From assembly GCA_964549615.1 (NCBI GenBank), contig CAZJVP010000051.1, positions 1 to 64,000 of the forward strand: a stretch of DNA of 64,000 bases, written 5' to 3'. The position numbers were made by a program, and so were the translations under genes. Of the stretch, positions 1 to 9,272 are shown in pieces. This DNA is from an uncultured Thermococci archaeon. Lineage in GTDB: Archaea; CAYQAE01; CAYVLA01. Each line of letters starts with the position of its first letter. Within the stretch, counting starts at the first letter, position 1. Below the pieces are notes generated by a model, which was not told the origin of the DNA, ran no database searches, and saw only the letters and a list, made by a program, of their open reading frames with translations.

Positions 1-11
1 TCACGGTGACG

Positions 12-41
12 GATACTGCATACTGATACTGCATACTGATA
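12..41. repeat. 13-bp tandem repeat GATACTGCATACT x2.3
   Basis: Identical units at 12-24 and 25-37 plus GATA at 38-41. Confidence 0.85.
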
Positions 42-44
42 ATG

Positions 45-70
45 GTTCGCTAAGCACATACTTAGCGAAC
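45..70. other. Perfect inverted repeat, 10-bp arms with 6-bp spacer (dif/tyrosine-recombinase-like site or operator)
   Basis: GTTCGCTAAG-cacata-CTTAGCGAAC; core AAGCACATACTT recurs at 169-180. Confidence 0.6.
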
Positions 71-154
71 TAAGTGGAGGGGCCCGGGAGTCTCGGGGAT
101 GATCAAGCATCACGGTGAAAGGTTGCAAAGAGCCCCACAGACAGATACACAGAA

Positions 155-170
155 CCAAAAGATTTATGAA
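155..170 (+). promoter_or_regulatory. Putative BRE/TATA promoter for the 295..579 gene
   Basis: CCAAAAGATTTATGAA upstream of a structured leader and a purine-rich RBS region. Confidence 0.45.
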
Positions 171-294
171 GCACATACTTTCGGTTTACGTATCGGGAAA
201 CGGTGTCCGACCGTGCAGTCCCCTTTGATATGGACTGCGTTTTCCCGGAGTGTTTTACAGACAGAAAACGAAGCAAGAAGGAGGATGATGAAGG

Positions 295-579
295 ATGGTC
301 GGTGAGGAGCCGTCTTTTGAGATAGTTGACATCTCGGAGGTCCCGCGGAGGAGATGGACGAAGTATTCCAGAATCGTTGAAGAGGCCATCAGGCTTCCTG
401 ACGACAAGGCCCTGAAGCTTCAGAGGGTCGGGATCAACATTCCAGCACTTCGGGCTGCATTGAGGAAGAATCGGGCCGGGCAGTATTCTTTCCGCATCTC
501 TAGGGGTGGAGAGTTCGTCTATGTCTTTAAGGTTGGGAAGGATGCGGGAAAAAAGAAGAGGGTAGGTAAGATCTCGTGA
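295..579 (+). CDS. Small basic hypothetical protein, putative DNA-binding
   Basis: 94-aa K/R-rich ORF; shares ALxxxRxxxxxxALRAAL...VYV with 527..946. Confidence 0.7.
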   Translation: MVGEEPSFEIVDISEVPRRRWTKYSRIVEEAIRLPDDKALKLQRVGINIPALRAALRKNRAGQYSFRISRGGEFVYVFKVGKDAGKKKRVGKIS

Positions 580-946
580 CGGGGAGGGATTTATGCGATG
601 GAGCCGTTGGTTCAAGTCCCATCCCCTCCACTTCTCCTGGGGGCTCCATGCTGCCTTCATGCCCTCTCTGCCTTGCCCACTTCTTGGTACAGACGTAGAC
701 GCATCCTGGGGTCTTGGCTACCACAAACTTGTAACCCTTGTGTCTCCACAAGGCAGCGCGAAGCGCAGACACACCTACGAGGCTGCGCTCGATCCGTAGC
801 GCCTGACCGAGCAGGTGGGGCGAGCCTCGATGGTTGATGAAGGCATTCGAGATCCTCCTCATTGGATCGGATTCTCGATAGTAGGAAGGCGAGTCGAGTT
901 GGACCAAAGGGAAGGCAATCAAGCTAGTAGAGATGGCCTGCGCCAA
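527..946 (-). CDS. Small hypothetical protein, paralog of 295..579
   Basis: ALRIERSLVGVSALRAALWRHKGYKFVVAKTPGCVYV aligns with the + strand neighbour; C-terminal tail runs through a tRNA-like fragment. Confidence 0.55.
   Translation of the reverse strand: MAQAISTSLIAFPLVQLDSPSYYRESDPMRRISNAFINHRGSPHLLGQALRIERSLVGVSALRAALWRHKGYKFVVAKTPGCVYVCTKKWARQRGHEGSMEPPGEVEGMGLEPTAPSHKSLPVTRSYLPSSFFPHPSQP
600..630 (+). other. tRNA 3'-half-like fragment (T-arm plus acceptor 3' strand), possible att-site remnant
   Basis: GGAGCC GTTGG TTCAAGT CCCAT CCCCTCC A; no D-arm or anticodon arm upstream. Confidence 0.5.
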
Positions 947-1160
947 GTCGGACCGGCCTCTTGACTTCTAGAATGGCGAAAACCCAGATAGCTATCCACG
1001 CTTGCCACAGAGCTCTTCTGCTCGGCTCCGACCTGAAGCTCTTGTCCGCTGGAATCACGCCAAATGGTGAGACTTAGCACTAACTGCCCACGCTAGGAGG
1101 CAGTTCAAAGTTCCCAGTACCGTAAACTTAGCTTCGCTTTTTGACCAGTCCGCCTCGCAC

Positions 1161-1733
1161 TCAGTAGTTGATGGCCAGCAGGACTATGCTCGTGCCGAAT
1201 GCAAGGGCCCAGACACGCTTGTCCCATTGGAATATCTTCTGTCCGTCGAGGATCATGAAAGGAAGGCAGTTCCAGACCGCGATCAGCGAATTAAGGTAGG
1301 CCCCCTCCCTGAGAAACGGGGCGGCGGGAATTACTGCGGATAGGGCCATGAAGGCCACCGCAAGTGCCATGTTGAAGGCCGATCCCGAAAGGGAGATCAC
1401 TCCCTCCTCTTCCCTAGAGATTCCGATGCCGTATATCCTGACGGCTCCTAGGGCCGCGAAGATGAACCCCACGAGAGCGCTCACAAGCGCCAAGACGAGG
1501 CCAATCGGCCATATCTGGTAGGCCGCCCAGTAGCCGAATCTCATGGCCATGTACTTGTGTGCGAGCTCGTGCCCGATGAAACCGACGCCGACCGTGAGGA
1601 TGGCCCAGCAAAACCTGGCGGGATCGAACCGGCCGGCATAGATTGTGAAGGCCAGGCCTAGGACGGCAGCTGAAAGAAGGATCTGGGCAGTCTCCCAGCC
1701 GCTCGGCAGCAATGACCCCGTTGATGTTCTCAT
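1161..1733 (-). CDS. Site-2 protease (M50) family membrane Zn metalloprotease
   Basis: HELAH and N-x-LP-x(3)-LDG motifs, hydrophobic segments; start placed at ATG 1733. Confidence 0.88.
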   Translation of the reverse strand: MRTSTGSLLPSGWETAQILLSAAVLGLAFTIYAGRFDPARFCWAILTVGVGFIGHELAHKYMAMRFGYWAAYQIWPIGLVLALVSALVGFIFAALGAVRIYGIGISREEEGVISLSGSAFNMALAVAFMALSAVIPAAPFLREGAYLNSLIAVWNCLPFMILDGQKIFQWDKRVWALAFGTSIVLLAINY

Positions 1734-1926
1734 GGCAGAAACCCGCATAGATTCCGAGGCCAGAGGCGTCTCAGAAAGACTTTTATCCAAAAGCGCTCAA
1801 ATATGCTTTCCGAAGAGCCCCGCAAAGCTCGATAACCGTAGGATGCCGTGAAACCGTCCGAAGGGAGTCATTCGCGCTTTGCCGAAGTGGGGCTCGCCGA
1901 AGCCGACCGCGACGCGAGGTGAGAAA

Positions 1927-2127
1927 GTGACCATACGGGTTTCAAGCCTCTACGATAAGGAGGTCTTCAGCAGTTCCGGGAACCATATAGGGAGAATAGA
2001 GAACGTCATGATCGAGGCCCGTGAGGGGCGCGTCTCCGCCATCCTGCTCAAAGGGCGGACCGGCATTCCCTTCGATAGGGTCATGGCCGTGGGGGACGTC
2101 GTCATAGTGAAGGCGACTAAGACCTAG
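1927..2127 (+). CDS. PRC-barrel domain protein
   Basis: SSLYDKEVFSSSGNHIGRIENV...IPFDRVMAVGDVVIV; GGTGA RBS before GTG. Confidence 0.85.
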   Translation: MTIRVSSLYDKEVFSSSGNHIGRIENVMIEAREGRVSAILLKGRTGIPFDRVMAVGDVVIVKATKT

Positions 2128-2140
2128 GAGAAGGCAACGG

Positions 2141-3556
2141 TCACTTCTCCACCCTCATCGCTTGGAGGAGCCTTCTGGTTACGCTTTCCTTTACCATCGA
2201 GATGAGCATCTGAGAGTCCTGCGTGCCGCTGAAAACTCCCAGGGGCACGGTCGCGCCAGCCGAAGTGGGATGGCCGCCCGTTGATCCGAGGTCGCCGAAG
2301 CCCCGCTTCATCACATCTGCCACGTTCATTCTGACGTCCTTCGTTCTAGCGTTTACCACGATGTTCTCGTTGACGATCGCGAACACGAACGCGGTCGAGA
2401 CGCCCTCCAGCTTCAGCAGGTACTCGCAGGCTTGAGGGATCGCGTCCCGGTTCTTGATCACCCCCGCGGTGGAGATCACAACATCCCGCACGAAATCCCT
2501 GTTCTGGATCGCCACCGCCAGCGCATCGGCCGTATCCATGGACACGCTTGGCGATTTGACTTTCTCCAAGAGATCCTGATCGGAAAGGGGCACCAGGTGA
2601 TTCACCGCCATGATGTCGTCCGGGCTCATCCCGCGAGTGAACTCCGCGGTGTCTGTCATGATGCCGTAGAGGAGGGCAGATGCCAGCTTCTTGTCCGGGG
2701 TTATTCCCGCAAGCTCCAAGTACTGGGTCATTATGGCGGAGGTGGACCCAGTTGACGTCCTGATGTCGAGGAAATCCGCGTTCAAGGTCCTGTCGTGCAG
2801 GTGGTGGTCGATGATTATCTGCGGCGTCCTGTCGGCGGTTAAGGCGCTCACGTAGCTCAGGTTTGAGACATCGACAAGGGCGATGCTCTTGTAGGTCCTG
2901 AGTATGTGCTTCGTTATCACGTCGACGCGGGTCAGCTTCGTCCCTAGAAGGTTGACTAGCGCCCTGTTCTCGTCCCGGCCTATCTCCCCGGCGTACATGA
3001 TCTCGGTTTCGACGCCCTCCTTCTTGGCGAGTTCTGCGAGCGCCGAAGCGCTGGCCACAGCATCGGGGTCTGGATTGTCGTGAATCAGGATCGCCAGCCG
3101 TCCGTCGCCGGATCTCATGATGGATCTGAGCCTGGTGAGCTTGTTCAGGGGTCGCATCTTCGCCAACTCCTCGTTGACGAAGTCGGCGGCGGCCTCAGTC
3201 TGTGCATACACCCTGTCGACCATCAGGCGCTTTAGCGCTGGCACGTCTATGCCCTTCTCGCCGATCGCTACCACGAACTTGTCGGGATACTCACGTTTGA
3301 TGGTCTCACATATCTCCCTAGTATCCCTGGATGACTCCCCCATCACCACGACGACGTCCGCTTCATCCTTAAGCCTCGCGCGGGCCAGGGTCGTCAAGTT
3401 CCTGGGCTTCCCCACCACGACCCCGTAGCCCGCTTCGCGGAGTTCCCTAGCCTTTTCCTCGTCATCATGGACGATGGTGACGTCTTCTTTCAGCGTCTTC
3501 TTGATGAACTCCGCTATCCTGAGGGTGACGTCGTTACACCCCAACACCATGTACAT
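2141..3556 (-). CDS. DHH family phosphoesterase with N-terminal TrkA-N (RCK) domain
   Basis: HDNPDPD, IIIDHH, GIMTDT and GGH motifs; N-terminal Rossmann-like TrkA-N. Confidence 0.9.
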   Translation of the reverse strand: MYMVLGCNDVTLRIAEFIKKTLKEDVTIVHDDEEKARELREAGYGVVVGKPRNLTTLARARLKDEADVVVVMGESSRDTREICETIKREYPDKFVVAIGEKGIDVPALKRLMVDRVYAQTEAAADFVNEELAKMRPLNKLTRLRSIMRSGDGRLAILIHDNPDPDAVASASALAELAKKEGVETEIMYAGEIGRDENRALVNLLGTKLTRVDVITKHILRTYKSIALVDVSNLSYVSALTADRTPQIIIDHHLHDRTLNADFLDIRTSTGSTSAIMTQYLELAGITPDKKLASALLYGIMTDTAEFTRGMSPDDIMAVNHLVPLSDQDLLEKVKSPSVSMDTADALAVAIQNRDFVRDVVISTAGVIKNRDAIPQACEYLLKLEGVSTAFVFAIVNENIVVNARTKDVRMNVADVMKRGFGDLGSTGGHPTSAGATVPLGVFSGTQDSQMLISMVKESVTRRLLQAMRVEK

Positions 3557-3703
3557 GGAGCCTTCCCCGAACGAGGCGACTGCGACCCAGGACCGTTATA
3601 ATATGTTTTTCGTAGACCTCAGAAGTGCCCACGGTGAGACCTACGGGAGGCCGGAAACACTGGTCGAAAAACAATAAATATCCGCGGGCCTCAGTGGCGC
3701 AGG

Positions 3704-4576
3704 ATGCCTCTCAGCGCCAAGGATCTTGAGGCCAAGATCGACGCACTTTACGAAACGGCCAGACAGATCCAGATGGAAAGGGACGAACTGAACGAAAAGG
3801 CCCGCAGGTTCCGCGAGAGAAGGGACGAGCTCAATAGCCAGGTCAGGGAGCTGTTGATGAAGGCGGACGAGTGCCGGGCGCAGCGTGACAGAATCAACGC
3901 CCAGATAAGGGCCCACAAGAAGAGGAGGGACGAGGTCACCAACGCGGCAAGGCTCGCTCGGGCGAAGATGAGAGAGATGGGCATTGACATTAGAAAGATG
4001 CCGAGGCTTCCCTCCGAGGAGGAGATAAAGGAGAAGATTGACCGCATAGAGTGGGAGATTCAGACGCGGGTGCTCAGCGTCCAGGCCGAAAGGAAGCTCG
4101 TCGAGAAGGCCCAGAGGCTGAGAAAGGAGCTTCAGGAGGCCCACGCGTTGCGGGAGAGGCTCAGGGAAGTGGGCGACAAGAGGGTTGAGGCAGAGGCATT
4201 GCGGATTAGTTCCAACAAGCTTCACTCCAAGATAATCTCGCTCTCACACGAGTCCCAGCTTCACCACCGGAGGATGATGGAGTTCCTCGAACAGGCAAGG
4301 CCTCGAAGAGAGGAGGCGGATGCCAATCATCGGAAAATGATGGAGTTGATCCAGCAAGCCGATCAGAAGCACGCTGAGCTAATGGCGATCAGGCAGGAGA
4401 TCGCCAAACTGACCGAGAAGGAGCGAGACCTGGATCGCAAGAAGGAAGAGAGAAGGTCTCTGGCCTCGGAGAAGAAACTGAGGAAGAGGGCGGAGGAGGC
4501 GTTGGAGAAGCTGAGGGCCGGCCAGAAGGTTGAGCTCCAGGACCTCATGCTGCTCAGGGAACTCAACCTCATGTGA
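3704..4576 (+). CDS. Archaeal coiled-coil protein (COG1340-like)
   Basis: Repeated RDELN heptads, IEWEIQT, C-terminal GQKVELQDL. Confidence 0.8.
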   Translation: MPLSAKDLEAKIDALYETARQIQMERDELNEKARRFRERRDELNSQVRELLMKADECRAQRDRINAQIRAHKKRRDEVTNAARLARAKMREMGIDIRKMPRLPSEEEIKEKIDRIEWEIQTRVLSVQAERKLVEKAQRLRKELQEAHALRERLREVGDKRVEAEALRISSNKLHSKIISLSHESQLHHRRMMEFLEQARPRREEADANHRKMMELIQQADQKHAELMAIRQEIAKLTEKERDLDRKKEERRSLASEKKLRKRAEEALEKLRAGQKVELQDLMLLRELNLM

Positions 4577-4577
4577 C

Positions 4578-7436
4578 TCAGTCCCAGAACCTTCTTGTCC
4601 TGACGTACAACTTCTCCTGGGAGAATATGTCCCTAAGGAGATCCTCCTCGCTGCGGTGGAGCTTGGACAGGACTCGAGCCGCGGTCTGGGGTCCGATGCC
4701 CCTCGCCGCCATGGTCATCATCGCCCACTTTCCATACTCCGAGACGAGGTCGGCGCTGAGCCTTGCCCTATCCGCAAGCTCCTTCTGAGCCCGGCTGAGC
4801 CTGCCGCCCTGGCTTCTGCGGCGAAGGGCTTCCTCCGTCTGCACGTCGCCCGCCCGAAGAGCCGCAAGGACCCTTGAGCCGCACGACAGGCAACGGGGAC
4901 GGTCGTCCGCCTCCTCAACCCTAAGCTTTCTCGAGGCAAGGCAGTTCATGCAGACCAGCTTCATCCTCTTGGCCATGAGCCTATTCCTGAGGATCGACAT
5001 GATCTCCATCACCGGACTCTCGGCCGAGATTATGTCCGAGAAGCCGTCTTGTAGGAGAGCTGGGGAGGCGAAGGGGGAGACCTCGTTGCTGCGCACGATC
5101 TCTACCTTTATGCGGCCGGCCCTAATGTCCTCGAAGATCGAAGCGACCGTGGCTGGGTCAAGCTTCTCCAACATGATCTCGTTGAAGGCTTCGTCGAAGA
5201 GCGGCGTGTCCTCGTAGACCAAAGCTAGCCTATCCAGGCTTATGGAGCTATAGTCGACGTCCCTACGCATCGCACCGAACCTCTTCGCGACTTGAACCAG
5301 GCGCCACTTGAACAGGGAGGTTCGTTTCATCACGATCCGCAGCACAGGCACTATGTGTTCGGGATCCAGGTCCATTATGGTCTGGAGCACGAGCTCGGGC
5401 TTACCGGATCCATCCGGGAAAGTGAACACTATCCTGTAGGGGTCAACCTTCACTCCCACCGCCGCGCCGAACCTCGCAGTCAGAAGCGCTGCCACGATCC
5501 TGGCAATCGTCTCGTTCGCCTTCGTGCCGAAGCACCCGTGGAAGATGACCTTGTCTTGGTACGCCTCCAGAACCAGGTTCGTGTCGGTGGCGACGACGCT
5601 GCTCCTCAACTGGGACCTCACGTACTGCCTGATCAGGGAGAGCTCTGCTTTGCCTATGTGGTAGTCGGAGAGAATTCTCTCCTCGTCAAACCCGTCGCAG
5701 AGTAATGCCCGGAGCCTGCCCACCTCTTGCGCGACCTCGTATGGCACGGGTATCATCTCCCCTATCCAACCGGGAATCGCGCCTACCGGGTTCACCACCG
5801 GTGACACGAGGACCTTGTTCTCCTCTATGTCCAGGATCGACCATGCCTCGCCCTTGGTGATGAAAACCGTGCCACGTTCGGCCCTGGTTGCGACGAACTC
5901 CTCGTCCAATGTGCCTATGGTCTGATTGTTGACGATGTTGACGATCCTGAACTTCTTGACGTCGGGTATTGTGCTAAGGTTCTCGAAGTAGTACTGCCAT
6001 GCTGCACGCTTGCGCCTCAGAGTGCTCTGATCCATCCACACCATATCCTGGCTCTCCAGCTGCCTGACGACCCGCATGAGATCCTCGGGGCTGAGATCCC
6101 TGTAGGGATGGGCCCTCCGGACGACCGAAAGTATCTTGGACGCTGGAACCAGGGGCTCCTCAAGGCACATTCCCACGATCTGATGGGCCAGCACGTCGAG
6201 CGATCGCTCGGGCATCAGCGTCCGTTCTATCTCTTCACTTGCGGCTCTCCTAGCGATGACCATGGACTCCAAGACGTCGTCGGGATCGACCGTCACGATC
6301 ACGCCCTTTGAGGTCTGTCCGGTCCTGTGTCCTGACCTTCCGACTCTTTGGATAAGGCGGCAGACTTGGCGCGGCGACATATACTGAACGACCAGGTCCA
6401 CGCTCCCCACGTCGATGCCAAGCTCCATGGATGAGGTACATATGATGCCCTTGATCTCTTCGGACTTGAACTTCCTCTCGGCCTCGATCCTGACCGTGGA
6501 GGAAAGGGAGCTGTGGTGGACATCAACGGCTGCCCCTCTGTCCCAAAGGTTGAATCTGGATGAGAGCACCTCGGCCATGTCCCGCGTGTTGACGAAGACG
6601 AGGGTCGACCTGTGGGCATCGACGAGTTCCCTCACACGCCTGAGCCTTGCAGCGCTCTTCCTGGAGACCATTATCTTCTTGGATATCTTCTCGTCCCCGG
6701 CCTTGGGCCGGGGGAACTCGACAGTCAAGGAAACGTCCCTGAAGAAGGCCGTCCTGCAAATCTCTACCTTTCGGTTTCCGCCGAGAAAGCGCGCCACCAG
6801 CTCCGGCGACCCGACCGTCGCGGAGAGCCCGATCCTCTGGAACTCCCCTGCGAGTTCCACAAGCCTTTCCAGTCCGACCGCGAGCTGTACGCCTCGCTTG
6901 TCCTCGGCAAGCTCGTGAATCTCGTCGACCACGACGAACCTGACTCCGCTCAGATGCCTCCTCATCGTCGATCCTGGAAGTATTGCCTGGAGGGTCTCGG
7001 GCGTGGTGATCAGGATATCCGGCGGCCTGACGGCCTGCCGCCTCCGTTCCTTGGCAGGGGTGTCTCCGTGCCTTACCTGGACCTTGAAGCCTAGGTCTTG
7101 GCCCCACCACTCGAGCCTGTCGAGGAGGTCCCTGTTCAGCGCGCGGAGCGGGGCTACGTAGAGAACGCTTATCCCCTTGGACCTGCCGTCCCGGATCATC
7201 CTATCTAGGATCGGCAGGATGGCCGCCTCAGTCTTTCCCTCCCCCGTGGGGCCGATGACGAGGACGTGACCGCCGCGCCTGACTGCAGGGATCGCCTCCT
7301 GCTGTATCGACGTGGGCTTCGTGAAGCCCCTGCGCCGCAGGGCATCGTTTATCTTCGGGTGCAGGTCCGTGAAGACGTTCGGTCCAGGCGGCCCCGGTGT
7401 TTCCGCCAGGGAAAGCTGCTTAGTCTCGGCCATCAA
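4578..7436 (-). CDS. lhr: Lhr-family SF2 helicase with C-terminal Zn ribbon
   Basis: PTGEGKT, DEIH, SAT, QRVGRSGH; C-terminal CxxC...CxxC. Confidence 0.93.
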   Translation of the reverse strand: MMAETKQLSLAETPGPPGPNVFTDLHPKINDALRRRGFTKPTSIQQEAIPAVRRGGHVLVIGPTGEGKTEAAILPILDRMIRDGRSKGISVLYVAPLRALNRDLLDRLEWWGQDLGFKVQVRHGDTPAKERRRQAVRPPDILITTPETLQAILPGSTMRRHLSGVRFVVVDEIHELAEDKRGVQLAVGLERLVELAGEFQRIGLSATVGSPELVARFLGGNRKVEICRTAFFRDVSLTVEFPRPKAGDEKISKKIMVSRKSAARLRRVRELVDAHRSTLVFVNTRDMAEVLSSRFNLWDRGAAVDVHHSSLSSTVRIEAERKFKSEEIKGIICTSSMELGIDVGSVDLVVQYMSPRQVCRLIQRVGRSGHRTGQTSKGVIVTVDPDDVLESMVIARRAASEEIERTLMPERSLDVLAHQIVGMCLEEPLVPASKILSVVRRAHPYRDLSPEDLMRVVRQLESQDMVWMDQSTLRRKRAAWQYYFENLSTIPDVKKFRIVNIVNNQTIGTLDEEFVATRAERGTVFITKGEAWSILDIEENKVLVSPVVNPVGAIPGWIGEMIPVPYEVAQEVGRLRALLCDGFDEERILSDYHIGKAELSLIRQYVRSQLRSSVVATDTNLVLEAYQDKVIFHGCFGTKANETIARIVAALLTARFGAAVGVKVDPYRIVFTFPDGSGKPELVLQTIMDLDPEHIVPVLRIVMKRTSLFKWRLVQVAKRFGAMRRDVDYSSISLDRLALVYEDTPLFDEAFNEIMLEKLDPATVASIFEDIRAGRIKVEIVRSNEVSPFASPALLQDGFSDIISAESPVMEIMSILRNRLMAKRMKLVCMNCLASRKLRVEEADDRPRCLSCGSRVLAALRAGDVQTEEALRRRSQGGRLSRAQKELADRARLSADLVSEYGKWAMMTMAARGIGPQTAARVLSKLHRSEEDLLRDIFSQEKLYVRTRRFWD

Positions 7437-8385
7437 GAGTCCCCTTTCGGCGATGCACGAACTCCGGCACCGCGTCCCGCATGGGCTCGAAATCGTTAGG
7501 GTCTTTGACCAACATGCACTTCATGCTGACCTTCGAGTGAAGGCTGCTCGGCAGCCTTATGATTCTCTTCTCGTCCATGGTTACCTTGGCGTCGGTCAGG
7601 GACGCGGCCAGGGTGGAGAGGAAGCCGAGGAGCGCGCCCAACCTCTTCTCGCCCAATAGGTTGTTCAGCGCGATCCTGTCCCTCGCGGACAAGGCGTTCA
7701 GTATCTGCTCCTTTTCCTTGATTGCACGGTTGGAAACCGTGCTGGGAAGGGGGCTCAAGTTCTCTTTCCTGGCCCTTCTCAGGATCCACGAAATCCGCCT
7801 CCTGAACAGAGCGCTGTAGCCTCCTTCCATGAAGAGGTCCCCGGGAACCCTTCCGCCGGACACGTAGTCCAAGATCTTTCTGCGCCCGGACGAACCTATC
7901 ACGCTTATGCTGGGGTCCAAGGCTCTGATGTGGTACCCACGGCCCGAGTAGACCAGATAGATCTCCCGCAGGGCAAGATCTCCCCTCAGGGCGTCGATGT
8001 AGTCCAGGGCCAGTTGCTTGGCATCATTCAAGCACACCTCGCAAACGTTGCCGGGCGAGCATTGGCAGGACCGGACGGGCAGGTCCTTCGCGTCGATGTC
8101 GAAGGCCAGTTCGGTTCTGAACATCCCTTCCCTCCTCTCGGGGTGTCTGTAGAAAGCCACGCTGCAGTAGGCCGAATAAGGTGCTCGAACCAGCAGGTAT
8201 TTCGCGAGATCGTCGGGGCTGCGGATCACATTGTACCGGTCATTGGGGCCACTACCATCGTGGTCGAAGGCGAACTCCCTGGAGCTTATGCCGTCGGTGA
8301 CGAAGGCGGGCAGGTCATGGATCGACCACTCCGACTGGTAGTATGACCTCTGTTCCTCTTTGGACGCTTCGCCGTATAGTGCCAT
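7420..8385 (-). CDS. priS: DNA primase catalytic subunit
   Basis: REFAFD, ELAFDID, Cys Zn knuckle, SGRGYH, D..VT.D..R.IRLP.SLH. Confidence 0.95.
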   Translation of the reverse strand: MALYGEASKEEQRSYYQSEWSIHDLPAFVTDGISSREFAFDHDGSGPNDRYNVIRSPDDLAKYLLVRAPYSAYCSVAFYRHPERREGMFRTELAFDIDAKDLPVRSCQCSPGNVCEVCLNDAKQLALDYIDALRGDLALREIYLVYSGRGYHIRALDPSISVIGSSGRRKILDYVSGGRVPGDLFMEGGYSALFRRRISWILRRARKENLSPLPSTVSNRAIKEKEQILNALSARDRIALNNLLGEKRLGALLGFLSTLAASLTDAKVTMDEKRIIRLPSSLHSKVSMKCMLVKDPNDFEPMRDAVPEFVHRRKGTLDGRD

Positions 8386-8464
8386 GTCCCCGTCTCACTC
8401 CTGACGTCTACGGCATAAATATTGTCTTTTGGGTCACGAAGATTGGCTGCCTCGGGGTGGCGTA

Positions 8465-9271
8465 TCAAGGCAGCGGATGGCGAGCCTCGGTGCGGATGGA
8501 TTGCCGGATTCGGGCTTCCGATTGACGGCATGCGGAGATGAAGTCGCGCGTGGTTATGGTGTCGCCAAAGTGAGTTTCGAAGTACCGGATCGCCCACCGG
8601 GTCGCAAGCCTCTCCTGGAAGGTGTCCGGGCACTCAACCCCCACCGTGGCGTCCCGGACGAGGTATAGATGATAGTCCCGAGGCGCCATCTCCTCGATTC
8701 CCCCTGGCGCGCGCAGGATGCACATATCCGTCGCGAACCCGCAGTAGACGAGGTTCTGGACTCCCCGCTTGGAAAGCTCCGCGTCCAGCTCGTCGGTTTC
8801 AAAGACGAGAGGCTCTCCGGGCATGGGAGCCACGATCTTCGCCCTATCCATCCGGGAAAGCGGCGACCGCGTCGCGTAGCGCTCCCCATGGGACCGCCAG
8901 GCTATTGCCTCCCGCCAACCGCGCGGCTCGGCGGGGTCGGAATCTGGCTGATCGTCAGGTTTCACCATAGCTCGGTTGCGCCGTATCACATCCGATTCGA
9001 CATGGCACACAAGCACCCCGGTGCGCCTTGCCGCATCCATCATCGGGCGAATCTTCTTTCGCATTATGCGCGAGGCCTCCCTGTGAACGATCGGGAAGCC
9101 CATGCCGACCCAGAAGTTGGGATCGATCCTAGGTCCGTCCTCGCACCCGATGTTCCAGCAATGCATGACCACCAATGCGGTCTTGGGCTCCTCAAGTTCG
9201 ACATCCTCATAGGCGTATCCTGGCCGCGTGATCGGGATCGTGCGGTAGTAGCGAGTCCTGAGCCCCAGCAT
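8465..9271 (-). CDS. Isochorismatase/cysteine hydrolase family protein
   Basis: KTALVVMHCWN, GFATDMCIL, LVRDAT; ATG 2 nt from the upstream stop. Confidence 0.8.
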   Translation of the reverse strand: MLGLRTRYYRTIPITRPGYAYEDVELEEPKTALVVMHCWNIGCEDGPRIDPNFWVGMGFPIVHREASRIMRKKIRPMMDAARRTGVLVCHVESDVIRRNRAMVKPDDQPDSDPAEPRGWREAIAWRSHGERYATRSPLSRMDRAKIVAPMPGEPLVFETDELDAELSKRGVQNLVYCGFATDMCILRAPGGIEEMAPRDYHLYLVRDATVGVECPDTFQERLATRWAIRYFETHFGDTITTRDFISACRQSEARIRQSIRTEARHPLP

Positions 9272-9272
9272 T

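Noticed and set aside
12-41. Short tandem repeat as a CRISPR array
   Set aside because: 13-bp contiguous units, no spacers, no cas genes in the window
1082-1130. Origin recognition boxes or oriC
   Set aside because: Only short inverted repeats (AACTGCC/GGCAGTT); no ORB consensus and no cdc6 nearby
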